DNA of 64,000 bases from an uncultured Verrucomicrobiae bacterium (GTDB lineage: Bacteria > Verrucomicrobiota > Verrucomicrobiia > Chthoniobacterales > UBA10450). Below the pieces are notes generated by a model, which saw only the letters and a program-made list of their open reading frames with translations, was not told the origin of the DNA and made no database searches. The position numbers were made by a program, and so were the translations under genes. Of this stretch, positions 40,056 to 50,137 are shown piece after piece; positions within the stretch are counted from its first letter, which is position 1; each line of letters starts with the position of its first letter. The DNA lies in NCBI GenBank assembly GCA_963772365.1, contig CAVYXA010000001.1, positions 1,312,001 to 1,376,000 of the forward strand. Direction: 5' to 3'.

Positions 40056-40697
40056 GGTAGTGTTGGTCAATTGTCAGTTGGAGGGTGGAGCAGATGAAGG
40101 TCAACCTGGGTTTACGTTGGCTTTGGCTAAAGCGGTCTTTTTCCACCAATGGTTCCAATCGGGGGGATGGCTTTTGAGCCAGAGGAGTTGAGCGAGATGT
40201 TCAGCGCCGCGTCGCGTCCAACTACGGCGTTGGCGTTTGAAGCGCCGGTTGATGTGGACCTCGATATTCTTTTCGATCGCACCCACTGCCGGCACGAATC
40301 GGAAAATGCGGTCGCAGGCTGGTTCGCCCCACGCCCCCGCCGTTGGCGTTTGAGGTAGTGGAGTCCATCTCGCTCACCACTACGCTCGCCCCGCTGGGCA
40401 GGGCGCGATCCGGCCACCATTGCCGATCAAGCTGTTCGCTCAATTTCGCTCGGTGATATTGCACACAACGCCAAATCAGTCACGCGCTTACTCGCACCTG
40501 CATCCAGCGCCACAGCTCCGCCCCGCCGGCCGGTAATTTTGCCCAGTAGCTGCTTCCAGCGCCCGCTTTTCCACCCAAGGCGAAAGCAGCCGCGTCGTTT
40601 CTTACATGCTGAAGGGCTCATCCATTTTTCGCGATTTGGTTGAGCCTTTCATTTTGCCCCTCTCCCTCGACAACTGACAATCATCGAACACTAGCAT
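40056..40697 (-). mobile_element. Internally deleted IS remnant, ISLre2/UPF0236-like; 8-bp target-site duplication cggacgag
   Basis: Fragments VVVSEMDS..YLKRQR and GSGAIEKNIEVHINRRFKRQRRSWTRRGAEHLAQL; terminal repeats tagtgtt-N5-attgtcagttg; cggacgag at 40048-40055 and 40698-40705. Confidence 0.8.
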
Positions 40698-40732
40698 CGG
40701 ACGAGCCTAAGGATTATGGAACGCGACTCGGT

Positions 40733-42091
40733 TTAAGGCACGACTATGTTCCAGCCCGCCGGCGGAATGGGACCGTACTTACCACTAACATAGATGTTGT
40801 TGTTCAGATACCAGATCGCCGTCTGCCGCGTGGTGGCATTGAACAACAAATAGTCTTGCTTCCCATTTATGTCGAAATCAGCTACGCCAATTAATGCGTA
40901 AGCCGGCGCGATGGTTGGCCCATAGGCGCTGCCCTTAAATGACGTTCCATTTAAATACCAGATCGCCGTCTGCCGCGTACTGGCGTTGAACAGCGCATAA
41001 TCCGGTCTCCCGTCCCGGTCGAAATCTCCCAAGCCAGCCAGCATCCAGCCCACCGGCAGGGTCGGGCCGTAGCTGGAACCCATGAACGTATTGTTGTTCA
41101 AAAACCAAATGGCTGTTTGCCGGGTCGATGCATTGTAAAGGACAAAATCCGGATCGCCGTCGTTGTTGAAATCGCGCACGGCGACCACGGCCCAGCCCGA
41201 TGGCGGGGTTGGCCCATACGCACTGCCGGTGAAACTGGTCCCGTGCAGATACCAAATCGCTGTTTGCCTGGTGCTGGAATTGAACAATGCGTAATCGGGG
41301 TTTCCGTCCCCATCAAAGTCGGACGTATCGACAAGATTCCAACCGGCCGGAAGAGTGGGACCGTAGGCGCTGCTAATGAAACTATTATTATCAAGGTACC
41401 ACACGGCTGTTTGACGCGTGCTCGTTTTGTACAGCACGAGGTCAGGATTGCTGTCATTGTTGAAGTCTGAGGGAACGACGGGCGACACGCCGCAGATGTT
41501 CAATGTGTAAGAAGGACAGCCTGCATTCGGAGTAATTTCGCTCACCACTAGAATAAATGTCTGCCCGGCATCAACATTAAAAGAGAACTCGTTCATCGGG
41601 TTTGGACTGGAGCCTTCATCTGCGATCCAGTGTGCGCAGAGATCGGTCGGATCAAAGCTGCCCAAATAAGCGGCCGTAAAAATTAAGTTAGGGTCCGCGC
41701 AAGCTGTGCTCACCTGCACTACTACACATTGCGTCGTGTCGGTCGAGTTTGTGAAACTGTAAGCGTCGTAATGGTATTCCATTGCGGTACTGAAAACAGC
41801 GCACATGGTTGGCGTATCGCATGTGCTTGGAACGTCCGAACGGTTCAGGCGACCGGTTTCCGTCGGATCGGCAGTGGTGATACTCCCGTTGACCGTGATC
41901 GGATTCAAGCAGAGCCGACCTTCGGGCACACTCGGTTGTGATTTGGCGGGATTTTCAACATCGCTAGAACGATTCGATGTCGAATCTTTGGCTTGAATCA
42001 ATCCAGGCCTGATAACGCCAAAGCTTATTGCCAGAATTAAGCAAACCCCGACTCGGCAGAGACCGGTCGTAGTAATGCGAGGTTTATTCAT
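40733..42091 (-). CDS. Secreted protein: Cys-containing beta domain + five FG-GAP/VCBS-like repeats
   Basis: Signal peptide; GSITTADPTETGRLNRS domain shared with the 37920..39932 gene; five 49-aa repeats. Confidence 0.88.
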   Translation of the reverse strand: MNKPRITTTGLCRVGVCLILAISFGVIRPGLIQAKDSTSNRSSDVENPAKSQPSVPEGRLCLNPITVNGSITTADPTETGRLNRSDVPSTCDTPTMCAVFSTAMEYHYDAYSFTNSTDTTQCVVVQVSTACADPNLIFTAAYLGSFDPTDLCAHWIADEGSSPNPMNEFSFNVDAGQTFILVVSEITPNAGCPSYTLNICGVSPVVPSDFNNDSNPDLVLYKTSTRQTAVWYLDNNSFISSAYGPTLPAGWNLVDTSDFDGDGNPDYALFNSSTRQTAIWYLHGTSFTGSAYGPTPPSGWAVVAVRDFNNDGDPDFVLYNASTRQTAIWFLNNNTFMGSSYGPTLPVGWMLAGLGDFDRDGRPDYALFNASTRQTAIWYLNGTSFKGSAYGPTIAPAYALIGVADFDINGKQDYLLFNATTRQTAIWYLNNNIYVSGKYGPIPPAGWNIVVP

Positions 42092-42321
42092 TGAGTTCTC
42101 CTTGTATCAATTTTTCGTGTAACAATTGGGTTTGAGGCTGGAAACCAGCGGTTCCGAAGCTTCCAGAGCAAGAATCGGCTGTCAAACGCTACAAATTGAT
42201 GAATCCGAAGGCTCTGGGCCATAAACTTGCCCCCGTTCAAAAAACGGTCGGGAGGCCCGAATCGGACGGGAAAATTTTTGGCTTGGCCAAATTTTTGAGG
42301 ACGCGCGGAAACCGCGAACCT

Positions 42322-42541
42322 TCACTGTTCGCGCAAAATAATACGAGCCTTCGTCAAATCGTAAGGCGAAAGCTCGACCGATACTTTGTCGCCCGGCACG
42401 ATCCGGATGAAGTGCTTGCGCATTTTGCCCGAGATGTGCGCGAGAACATTGCGTTGACCGGGCAGATCGACCCGGAACATCGTCCCAGGCAATACTTGGG
42501 TCACCCGTTCCTTCGGCAACGATCGGCCCTTCTTTAGCCAT
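42322..42541 (-). CDS. infA: Translation initiation factor IF-1; +1 frameshift in a G-run near 42505 (probable error)
   Basis: [12 protein letters not shown] joined to [49 protein letters not shown]. Confidence 0.95.
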
Positions 42542-42585
42542 CGCGCAAAAGATACGCGCGCCGGCAGGTGACTCAACCCGTCAAA

Positions 42586-44019
42586 TCAATAGCGGTAATG
42601 TTCCGACTTAAACGGACCATCAACCGGCACGCCCAGATAATCGGCCTGTCTTTGCGAAAGCTTTGTCAGCTTCACACCAATCTTTTCCAAATGCAGACGG
42701 GCAACCTCTTCATCCAGCTTCTTCGACAACACGTAAACTCCGACCTTGTAGGAGTCGCGATTTTTCCAGAGATCGAGCTGGGCAAGCACCTGGTTGGAAA
42801 ACGAGTTCGACATCACGAAGCTGGGATGCCCGGTGGCGCAACCGAGATTCACCAGCCGGCCTTCGGCCAATAAAAAAATCTCGCGCCCATCTTCGAAGGA
42901 GTATTTGTCCACCTGCGGTTTGATGTTGGTGCGCGTTACCCCTTTGGCCGTATTGAGCGCATCCACCTGAATTTCATTATCGAAATGGCCAATGTTGGCG
43001 ACGATTGCCTGATCCTTCATCCGCCGCATGTGCTCGAGCGTGATGATGTCGATGTTGCCCGTGGCAGTGATGTAGATATCGCCTCGGCCCAGTGTGTTCT
43101 CGATTGTCGTGACTTCATAGCCTTCCATCGCCGCTTGCAGCGCGTTGATCGGGTCCACTTCGGTGATGACAACGCGCGCGCCCTGACCGCGCAATGACTG
43201 GGCACAACCTTTTCCTACATCGCCGTAACCGCAAACAACTGCGATCTTTCCCGAAATCATTACGTCCAGCGCGCGGTTCAATCCATCCACCAGCGAATGC
43301 CGGCAGCCGTAAAGATTATCGAACTTCGATTTGGTGACGGAATCGTTGACGTTTATGGCCGGAACCAGAAGCCGGTTCTCCTGATGCATCTTGTACAGGC
43401 GATGCACTCCGGTAGTGGTTTCCTCAGAAACGCCACGCCAATCCTTCACCATCTCATGCCACCGATACGGATTCTCCCTTTGAATCTCCAATAACAAGTC
43501 CTTGATGACCTGTTCCTCCCGGTTGTCCGACTTCGACTTTGCCCAATCGCTTCCCTCTTCCAGCTCGTAACCCTTGTGAATCAGAAGCGTGGCATCACCG
43601 CCATCATCGACGATTAGCTGCGGACCTTTTCCGTCGGGATGCGAAAGCGCGCGATAAGTGCACCACCAATAATCTTCCAAACTTTCACCCTTCCACGCGA
43701 AGACGGACGGTCCCGCTTTCGCGATGGCCGCCGCGGCATGATCCTGAGTTGAAAAAATATTGCAGCTCGCCCAGCGCACGCTGGCTCCAAGATCGACAAG
43801 AGTTTCGATCAACACCGCCGTCTGAATCGTCATGTGCAGTGAACCCGTGATGCGCACGCCCGCCAACGGTTTTTGCGGCGCATACTTCTCGCGAATCGCC
43901 ATCAATCCGGGCATTTCCTTTTCGGCAATGGAGATTTCCTTCCGACCCCAATCCGCCAGATTGATGTCCGCGATTTTGTAATCCTGTTTCGTTTTCAACT
44001 CCGTTGCTGTTGTGTTCAT
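42586..44019 (-). CDS. ahcY: Adenosylhomocysteinase
   Basis: [54 protein letters not shown], ends HYRY. Confidence 0.98.
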   Translation of the reverse strand: MNTTATELKTKQDYKIADINLADWGRKEISIAEKEMPGLMAIREKYAPQKPLAGVRITGSLHMTIQTAVLIETLVDLGASVRWASCNIFSTQDHAAAAIAKAGPSVFAWKGESLEDYWWCTYRALSHPDGKGPQLIVDDGGDATLLIHKGYELEEGSDWAKSKSDNREEQVIKDLLLEIQRENPYRWHEMVKDWRGVSEETTTGVHRLYKMHQENRLLVPAINVNDSVTKSKFDNLYGCRHSLVDGLNRALDVMISGKIAVVCGYGDVGKGCAQSLRGQGARVVITEVDPINALQAAMEGYEVTTIENTLGRGDIYITATGNIDIITLEHMRRMKDQAIVANIGHFDNEIQVDALNTAKGVTRTNIKPQVDKYSFEDGREIFLLAEGRLVNLGCATGHPSFVMSNSFSNQVLAQLDLWKNRDSYKVGVYVLSKKLDEEVARLHLEKIGVKLTKLSQRQADYLGVPVDGPFKSEHYRY

Positions 44020-44026
44020 AAAGATT

Positions 44027-44446
44027 TCACAGATAGATTTCCTCCGCAGATTTCGCAGATTTACGCAGATTCTCAGAAAAGTTCAGAACCAGGCGTTTGT
44101 GTTCGAGACTGGGCGCTCCGAAATTTAGAAGCAGCCCGCGTGGAAAACCGGTCGCCTTCAGTTCGTTGATCACCTGCGCGTCGTCGGCGGACGTCAATTG
44201 AGCGATTCCTTTTGTTTCTACGAGCACAGATTCAAAGCAAATAAAGTCCGCTCGATAGGCACAGCTGAGAAGCTTCTTTTTATAACGGACAGGTAGTGCG
44301 ACTTCGGTTTGGAACGGAATTCCTCGATCCTGGAATTCGAGTGCCAGTGCAGTGTGATACACGAGCTCGAGAAAACCATGCCCAAGCTCGCGATGCACTT
44401 CCATCGCCGCACCGATGATTGCGAAAGTCTCTGGATCTCTTTGCAT
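44027..44446 (-). CDS. GxxExxY protein (PD-(D/E)XK nuclease superfamily)
   Basis: [25 protein letters not shown]...[16 protein letters not shown]...[18 protein letters not shown]. Confidence 0.92.
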   Translation of the reverse strand: MQRDPETFAIIGAAMEVHRELGHGFLELVYHTALALEFQDRGIPFQTEVALPVRYKKKLLSCAYRADFICFESVLVETKGIAQLTSADDAQVINELKATGFPRGLLLNFGAPSLEHKRLVLNFSENLRKSAKSAEEIYL

Positions 44447-44478
44447 CTTAATCTGCGTAGATCTGCGGAATCTGCGGA
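44043..44478 (-). mobile_element. Putative GxxExxY cassette bounded by 29-bp inverted repeats of (CGCAGATT-like)n
   Basis: tccgcagatttcgcagatttacgcagatt (44043-44071) versus aatctgcgtagatctgcggaatctgcgga (44450-44478), 2 mismatches. Confidence 0.7.
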
Positions 44479-45684
44479 TTACTTCGCTGCCTTCTTTAGT
44501 TCTGTGACCTTGTCGGTGGATTCCCACGTGATATCCGGATCGTCGATCTTGCCGAAATGTCCGTAATTGGTCGTCTTCGAGTAAATCGGCCGGAGAAGGT
44601 TAAGCTGTTTGATGATGTCAGCGGGTTTGAAGCTGAAAACCTTCATAACCGCACTTTCAATTTTCTCTTCATCGACCGTGTTGGTGAGGAAAGTATTGAC
44701 GTGCACGCTGACCGGCTGCGGATGGCCGATGGCATAAGCGAATTGAATTTCCGCGCGTCGCGCCAGGCCGGCCGCGACAATATTTTTCGCGACCCAGCGT
44801 CCCATGTAAGCTGCGCTACGATCGACCTTGCTCGGATCTTTGCCGGAAAATGCGCCGCCGCCGTGGCGGCCCATCCCGCCATAACTATCCACAATAATCT
44901 TGCGACCAGTCAGGCCGGTATCGCCCTGCGGTCCCCCGATAACGAAACGCCCGGTGGGGTTAATGAGAAATTCCGTTTTGTTGTTCAGCATCTCGGCAGG
45001 CAACACTTTGCGAATCACTTTCTCGATGCAGAAGTCGCGGATCTCTTTGTGAGGAACATCTGTGGCATGCTGGGTTGAAATGACGACATTGGAAATACCG
45101 ATCGGCTTGAGATCGTCGTAAATCACCGAGACCTGCGACTTCGCATCCGGACGCAACCACGGGCACTCGCCATTCTTGCGAATGCGGGTGAGCTCGCGGC
45201 CAAGTCGATGCGCATACATGATTGGCGCAGGCATGAGTTCCGGCGTTTCGTCCGAGGCAAAACCAAACATCAAACCCTGGTCGCCCGCACCCTGCTCAGC
45301 GTGGCCCTTGCCGTCTGCTTCTTTTTCATCGACGCCCTGCGAAATATCGGATGATTGGTCGGTGAGAATGTTGCTGATGAAAACCTTGTTGGCGTGAAAT
45401 ACATCGTCCTCGTTCACATACCCGATCTCTTCGATCGCGCTGCGGACGATTTGATCGATGTTCAACACCGAAGTGAGCGAGCGGCGTTCTTTTTTCAGAA
45501 GAGGCACAGTGATTTCGCCGCCCACGATCACGATATTGCTCTTCGCGTAGGTTTCGCAGGCGACGCGGCTGGTCGGATCAAGCCGCAAACAGGCATCGAG
45601 CACAGCATCTGAGATCGTGTCGCAAACTTTGTCGGGGTGGCCTTCACCGACTGATTCAGAGGAAAAAATATAACGGCGGGGCAT
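44479..45684 (-). CDS. metK: S-adenosylmethionine synthetase
   Basis: [61 protein letters not shown]. Confidence 0.98.
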   Translation of the reverse strand: MPRRYIFSSESVGEGHPDKVCDTISDAVLDACLRLDPTSRVACETYAKSNIVIVGGEITVPLLKKERRSLTSVLNIDQIVRSAIEEIGYVNEDDVFHANKVFISNILTDQSSDISQGVDEKEADGKGHAEQGAGDQGLMFGFASDETPELMPAPIMYAHRLGRELTRIRKNGECPWLRPDAKSQVSVIYDDLKPIGISNVVISTQHATDVPHKEIRDFCIEKVIRKVLPAEMLNNKTEFLINPTGRFVIGGPQGDTGLTGRKIIVDSYGGMGRHGGGAFSGKDPSKVDRSAAYMGRWVAKNIVAAGLARRAEIQFAYAIGHPQPVSVHVNTFLTNTVDEEKIESAVMKVFSFKPADIIKQLNLLRPIYSKTTNYGHFGKIDDPDITWESTDKVTELKKAAK

Positions 45685-45703
45685 GGGATGGAAAAAGCGT
45701 GAT

Positions 45704-45789
45704 TCGTTGAAAGGTTGAAACGTTAAATTGGATTAACCGAGGAACGCATCCCGCCATTGTAACGATTTAACGTTCTAACGATGTAACGA
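45704..45789. repeat. Inverted pair of 8-mer tandem arrays in the metK leader
   Basis: tcgttgaaaggttgaaacgttaaat ... tgtaacgatttaacgttctaacgatgtaacga. Confidence 0.7.
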
Positions 45790-45806
45790 GTGCCGCCCGC
45801 GACATA

Positions 45807-45836
45807 TTGACCAATCATGATACGTCGATATATGGT
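45807..45836 (+). promoter_or_regulatory. Putative promoter with a candidate SahR-type operator
   Basis: TTGACC-18 bp-TATGGT; the spacer contains the imperfect palindrome caATCAtgatacgtCGATat. Confidence 0.5.
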
Positions 45837-45847
45837 TTAGCCGCCCG

Positions 45848-46780
45848 ATGGCGTCAACCATTAATTTCCTCCGTTTACTGGCCGATCCGACTCGCCTGCG
45901 TTTGCTGCTTCTACTCGAGCAGGAAGAACTTTCCGTCGCCGAGCTTCAGGAAATCCTCGGTATGGGGCAATCGCGTATTTCCAGTCATCTCGCCCAATTG
46001 AAGCGCGCCGGTATCGTGAACGATCGCCGCGCGGGCAAAAATGTTTATTATGGAGCAAAACCAAATGGACACGACTCACGCCGGGCGCGAGTAGCAGAAT
46101 TGACCCGGATCCTGGCGCGAGAACTGGCGGAATCTTCGCGCGATCGGACAAGTCTTAAACTTGTTCTGCGTAAACGTCAGGACAAAGCCCGCGAATATTT
46201 CGATGAACTGGCCGGAAAGTTCGGGCGAAGCTATGTGCCAGGCCGTTCCTGGCAGGCGCTGGCGCACGCGTTCATTCCCTTGATTCCACCGGGAATCATT
46301 GTCGATCTTGGCGCCGGTGAAGGAACACTCTCGCAATTACTGGCGAAAAACGCCCGCAAAGTCATCGCCATCGATAACTCGCCGAAAATGGTCGAATTCG
46401 GCGGGAAGCTGGCAAAGAAACACGGGTTCAAGAATCTCGAATACAGGCTTGGCGACATCGAAGATCCACCGGTCGAAAGCAACAGTGTCGATCTTGCGAT
46501 TCTGAGTCAGGCATTGCATCACGCGATTCATCCACAACGCGCCATCAACGCTGCACATCACATCCTCAAGCGCGGCGGCCGGCTCATTATTCTCGATCTT
46601 CTCAGTCATCGGTTCGACAAAGCGCGCGAGCTGTATGCCGACCACTGGCTCGGGTTCAGCGAAGTGCAACTGCACCAGTTTCTGGAAAAGGCGGGCTTCC
46701 GCGACATCGAGCTCAACGTAGTTTCACGGGAAAAACAGAGCCCGCATTTTCAGACCGTGTTTGCGACTGGCGTTAAGTGA
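45848..46780 (+). CDS. sahR: ArsR-family HTH fused to a SAM-methyltransferase-like domain (SahR-like regulator)
   Basis: LADPTRLRLL..ELSVAEL..QSRISSHLAQLK; VDLGAGEG, SQALHH; divergent from metK-ahcY. Confidence 0.85.
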   Translation: MASTINFLRLLADPTRLRLLLLLEQEELSVAELQEILGMGQSRISSHLAQLKRAGIVNDRRAGKNVYYGAKPNGHDSRRARVAELTRILARELAESSRDRTSLKLVLRKRQDKAREYFDELAGKFGRSYVPGRSWQALAHAFIPLIPPGIIVDLGAGEGTLSQLLAKNARKVIAIDNSPKMVEFGGKLAKKHGFKNLEYRLGDIEDPPVESNSVDLAILSQALHHAIHPQRAINAAHHILKRGGRLIILDLLSHRFDKARELYADHWLGFSEVQLHQFLEKAGFRDIELNVVSREKQSPHFQTVFATGVK

Positions 46781-46830
46781 ACGCAGTACACATTTCCCTG
46801 TCCAACGATTGACACCGCAGTATTGTCCCG

Positions 46831-48855
46831 ATGAACACCGATCCCCCGCCCATGAGTGGTTTCTTCGAGGAGATAAAGCGCAGGAAAGTTTATCGCGTCG
46901 CAGTCGCTTACATTATCGCGGCGGGCGGCATCATTCAGCTCGCCTCCGCTGCATTTCCTGCATGGGAGTTGCCCAACTGGTCGCTTCGGGCGGTTATTGC
47001 TTCCTTGCTGGCGGGTTTCCCGATCGCTCTGGCACTGGCTTGGGCGTTCGATATCACTCCGGAAGGAATCCGGTCAACACCGGCAACAGGATCTGCATCC
47101 ACGCATCGACGTCGCAATGCGATCATGCTCGTGGCTGCCGGGGTGGTCATTTCCGCTCTCATCGGCTTGTTCATCCTGCCGCGTGCGGCGGCCCACAAGA
47201 TCGACAAGTCCATTGCGATCCTCCCATTTGAAAATCTTAGCGACGATAAAGAGAACGCTTATTTCGCAGATGGTATTCAGGACGATGTCCTCACAAACTT
47301 ATCGAAGATCGGGGATCTGAAAGTCATCTCGAGGACGTCGGTAATGCAGTATCGGGGCACGGCGTCGAACGTTCGCGAAATCGGTAAAGCACTGGGTGTA
47401 TCAAATATTCTCGAAGGCAGCGTCCGGCGTTCGGGAAACAAGGTGCGCGTGAACGTTCAGTTAATCGACGCCAACACCGATGAGCATATTTGGGCAAATG
47501 ATTACGATCGTGATGTGACCGATGTCTTCGCGATCCAAACGGACCTCGCGCGCGAGATTGCTTCGGCGTTGCAGGCAAAACTATCTCCGTCCGAGAAATC
47601 GCAAATGGAACGCAGGCCTACTGAGAATGGAGAGGCCTACCTGGCCTTTGTTCAAGCCCACAATCTCGCCGGCGACCTGGAGAATCTGGACAAGCTCAAA
47701 CAGGCCGAGCAACTTTATGCGCGGGCCATCGATCTCGACCCGACTTTCGCTCTGGCCTGTGCTCGCTATTCACAACTGGAGAGCTGGATTCTTCACTCGC
47801 TCGGGGCAACCCAGGGCCGCAAGGAAAAGGCGCGTTCTCTGGCTGATCAAGCTCTGCAATTGCAACCTGACATGGCTGAGGCTCATTTGGCCAAGGGTTT
47901 TGTCTATTATTATTGCGATAACGACTATGGCAACGCCCTCCGTGAGTTTGAAGTCGCGCAGAGTGGCTTGCCGAACGAGTGGGAGGCCTTTCTCGCCATT
48001 GGCGCAATTCAGCGCCGGCAGGGCAAGTGGAAGGAATCGACCACCAATCTCAGGAAAGCTGCTGAGTTAAACCCAAACGACACCTGGCCGCTGCAAAATC
48101 TGGCTTTCAATTACCAAATGCAGCGCGAATTCGATGAGGCGATCAAGATAGTTGATCGCGGCCTTCGGCTGAACCCAAAAGCGCTTCCGCTATGGGAGAT
48201 AAAATCAAAACTGGCGATTGCGGAAAATGGCGACTTCGGCGTTGCTGAGGAAGCATTCGCGAAATGCCAGTCGTTTCCCATGACGGACGACATGAAACTA
48301 AAAGTCGCCAATGGGCGCGCCGATGTTTTTCTTTTGGAACGTAAGTACCGGGAAGGATTACAGACAGCGGAAGGTCTCTCAGATGATCAGCTGGAGAAGT
48401 TTCCCGGTGCTCTGGCTGAAAAATATTATTTGATTGGTTTCGCCCGAAGGGCACTCGGGGATCAAAACGGCTCACAAACCGCTTTCCAAAAGGCAAAGGA
48501 CTTTCTTGAGAAACAGTTAAAGCAAACGCCGGATGTGGCCTCGTTGCGCATTCAGCTCGCAAAAGTGCTGGCTTATCTGGGAGAAAAAGAGGCCGCGCTG
48601 GCTGAGGCGAAACGCGCTACCACGCTCCAACCTGAGAGCAAGGATGCCTTTGAAGGTCCGGACATCACCACCGGAGTAGCTGAGGTTTATTGTGTTGTCG
48701 GAGAGAGCAATCGCGCGATTGAAGTACTCGATGGATTATTGAAACGCCCGAGCGGCGTCACAGTTGCCATTCTGAAACTAAATCCGGTTTGGGATCCACT
48801 GCGAAGCCAATCTCAATTTCAAGCCCTCTTGAACAGTCAGGTCAGAGAGACGTAG
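46831..48855 (+). CDS. Membrane protein with TolB-like N-domain and TPR repeats
   Basis: FFEEIKRRKVYRVAVAY, three TMs, KSIAILPFENLS..FADGIQDDVL..KVISRTS, TPRs, LNPVWDPLR. Confidence 0.85.
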   Translation: MNTDPPPMSGFFEEIKRRKVYRVAVAYIIAAGGIIQLASAAFPAWELPNWSLRAVIASLLAGFPIALALAWAFDITPEGIRSTPATGSASTHRRRNAIMLVAAGVVISALIGLFILPRAAAHKIDKSIAILPFENLSDDKENAYFADGIQDDVLTNLSKIGDLKVISRTSVMQYRGTASNVREIGKALGVSNILEGSVRRSGNKVRVNVQLIDANTDEHIWANDYDRDVTDVFAIQTDLAREIASALQAKLSPSEKSQMERRPTENGEAYLAFVQAHNLAGDLENLDKLKQAEQLYARAIDLDPTFALACARYSQLESWILHSLGATQGRKEKARSLADQALQLQPDMAEAHLAKGFVYYYCDNDYGNALREFEVAQSGLPNEWEAFLAIGAIQRRQGKWKESTTNLRKAAELNPNDTWPLQNLAFNYQMQREFDEAIKIVDRGLRLNPKALPLWEIKSKLAIAENGDFGVAEEAFAKCQSFPMTDDMKLKVANGRADVFLLERKYREGLQTAEGLSDDQLEKFPGALAEKYYLIGFARRALGDQNGSQTAFQKAKDFLEKQLKQTPDVASLRIQLAKVLAYLGEKEAALAEAKRATTLQPESKDAFEGPDITTGVAEVYCVVGESNRAIEVLDGLLKRPSGVTVAILKLNPVWDPLRSQSQFQALLNSQVRET

Positions 48856-48868
48856 ATCCCCGTTCTGC

Positions 48869-50137
48869 TCAGGCAGCGTACCGTTCCAGCTTCTGAGCCA
48901 GCTCGGGAGGCACATGAGCAACGATCAAAGCGTTGTCGCCTTCGTAGTGCAATTCCAACACGTGACCGACTCGGTGGATCTCGGCGATCAAGGCGGATTC
49001 GCTGGCTGGAATTTGAAAATGCGAACGCAAACGCCATGAACTGAGCGCCATCTCCAGCGCCTCGACCAACTTGCTGATTCCTTTCCCAGTCCTCGCGGAA
49101 ATCGCTACGCTGCCGGGAAATCGTTTCAAATAAGTTTCCGCCAGTTCGCCGTGATCGAGCTTGTCGATCTTGTTGAACACGGTCAGGGTCTGCTTGCCGA
49201 AGGCGCCCAGCTCCTTGATCACGCTCTCCACCGCTTCCATCTGTTCCTCCACGCGCGGATGACTAAGATCGACAACGTGTATCAGCAGATCGGCTTCGCT
49301 CACTTCTTCCAGCGTCGCTTTGAACGATTCGATCAATGTGTGCGGCAGTTTTCGCAAAAATCCCACGGTATCGGTAAGCAATACCCTTTGTTTGTTGGGT
49401 AAAACCAGACTACGCGTTGTCGGATCGAGTGTGGCGAAAAGTTTGTCCTCGGCGAGGAGATCGGCGCCGGTGAGCAGATTTAGCAACGTCGATTTTCCCG
49501 CGTTGGTATAACCGACCACGGCTGCGACCGGCCATTGATGGCGTTTGCGTCCCTGCCGTTGAACCGCGCGCGTTTTCCGCACAGCTTCCAATTCGCGTTC
49601 CAACCGGGCAATCCGTTCCTGAACGCGCCGCCGATCGACTTCCAACTGGGTTTCGCCCGGTCCACGTGTCCCGATCCCTCCGGTTTGTCGCGATAGGTGA
49701 TGCCACATTCGAGTCAGCCGCGGCAGCAGATATTGCAATTGCGCCAACTCGATTTGGAGGCGGCCTTCGCGACTGCGCGCACGTTGAGCAAAGATGTCGA
49801 GGATCAATTGCGTACGATCGAGAACTTTCCGCGAAAGCAGATTTTCCAGGTTGCGACCCTGCGCCGGAGAAAGTTCATCATCGAAAATCACCGACGTGAC
49901 TTGTCGATCCTGCAAAGAATCTTTAATCAATTCAGCCTTTCCCTTGCCGATGTAGTAAGGCGCCGTCGGTTTCTGCAGTTTTTGCGTCACAGTATCGACC
50001 ACAACCGCGCCGGCGGAATTGGCCAGCTCAGCCAGCTCTTCGAGCGAATCACGCAGGTCCCATTTCGAAATGCCGTCGTGTTCCAAGCCGATCAACACGG
50101 CGCGCTCGTGGATTTTTTTCGGTCGAGTCTCAATCAT
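48869..50137 (-). CDS. hflX: Ribosome-associated GTPase HflX
   Basis: LILDIFAQRA, GGIGTRGPGETQLE, GYTNAGKST, LFATLDPT, DTVGF, NKID. Confidence 0.97.
   Translation of the reverse strand: MIETRPKKIHERAVLIGLEHDGISKWDLRDSLEELAELANSAGAVVVDTVTQKLQKPTAPYYIGKGKAELIKDSLQDRQVTSVIFDDELSPAQGRNLENLLSRKVLDRTQLILDIFAQRARSREGRLQIELAQLQYLLPRLTRMWHHLSRQTGGIGTRGPGETQLEVDRRRVQERIARLERELEAVRKTRAVQRQGRKRHQWPVAAVVGYTNAGKSTLLNLLTGADLLAEDKLFATLDPTTRSLVLPNKQRVLLTDTVGFLRKLPHTLIESFKATLEEVSEADLLIHVVDLSHPRVEEQMEAVESVIKELGAFGKQTLTVFNKIDKLDHGELAETYLKRFPGSVAISARTGKGISKLVEALEMALSSWRLRSHFQIPASESALIAEIHRVGHVLELHYEGDNALIVAHVPPELAQKLERYAA

Noticed and set aside
33295..42091. 147-bp periodic repeats as a CRISPR array or DGR target
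   Set aside because: The repeats are degenerate in-frame protein repeats with no unique spacers. No cas or reverse transcriptase gene is present, and I saw no non-coding template copy.
42322..42541. Programmed frameshifting or pseudogenisation of infA and fabD
   Set aside because: Single indels without slippery-site signals in essential genes; the same error pattern occurs across the window.
45685..45847. SAM or SAH riboswitch upstream of metK
   Set aside because: No recognisable SAM-I or SAH consensus; the spacer is explained by the tandem hairpin, promoter and candidate operator.
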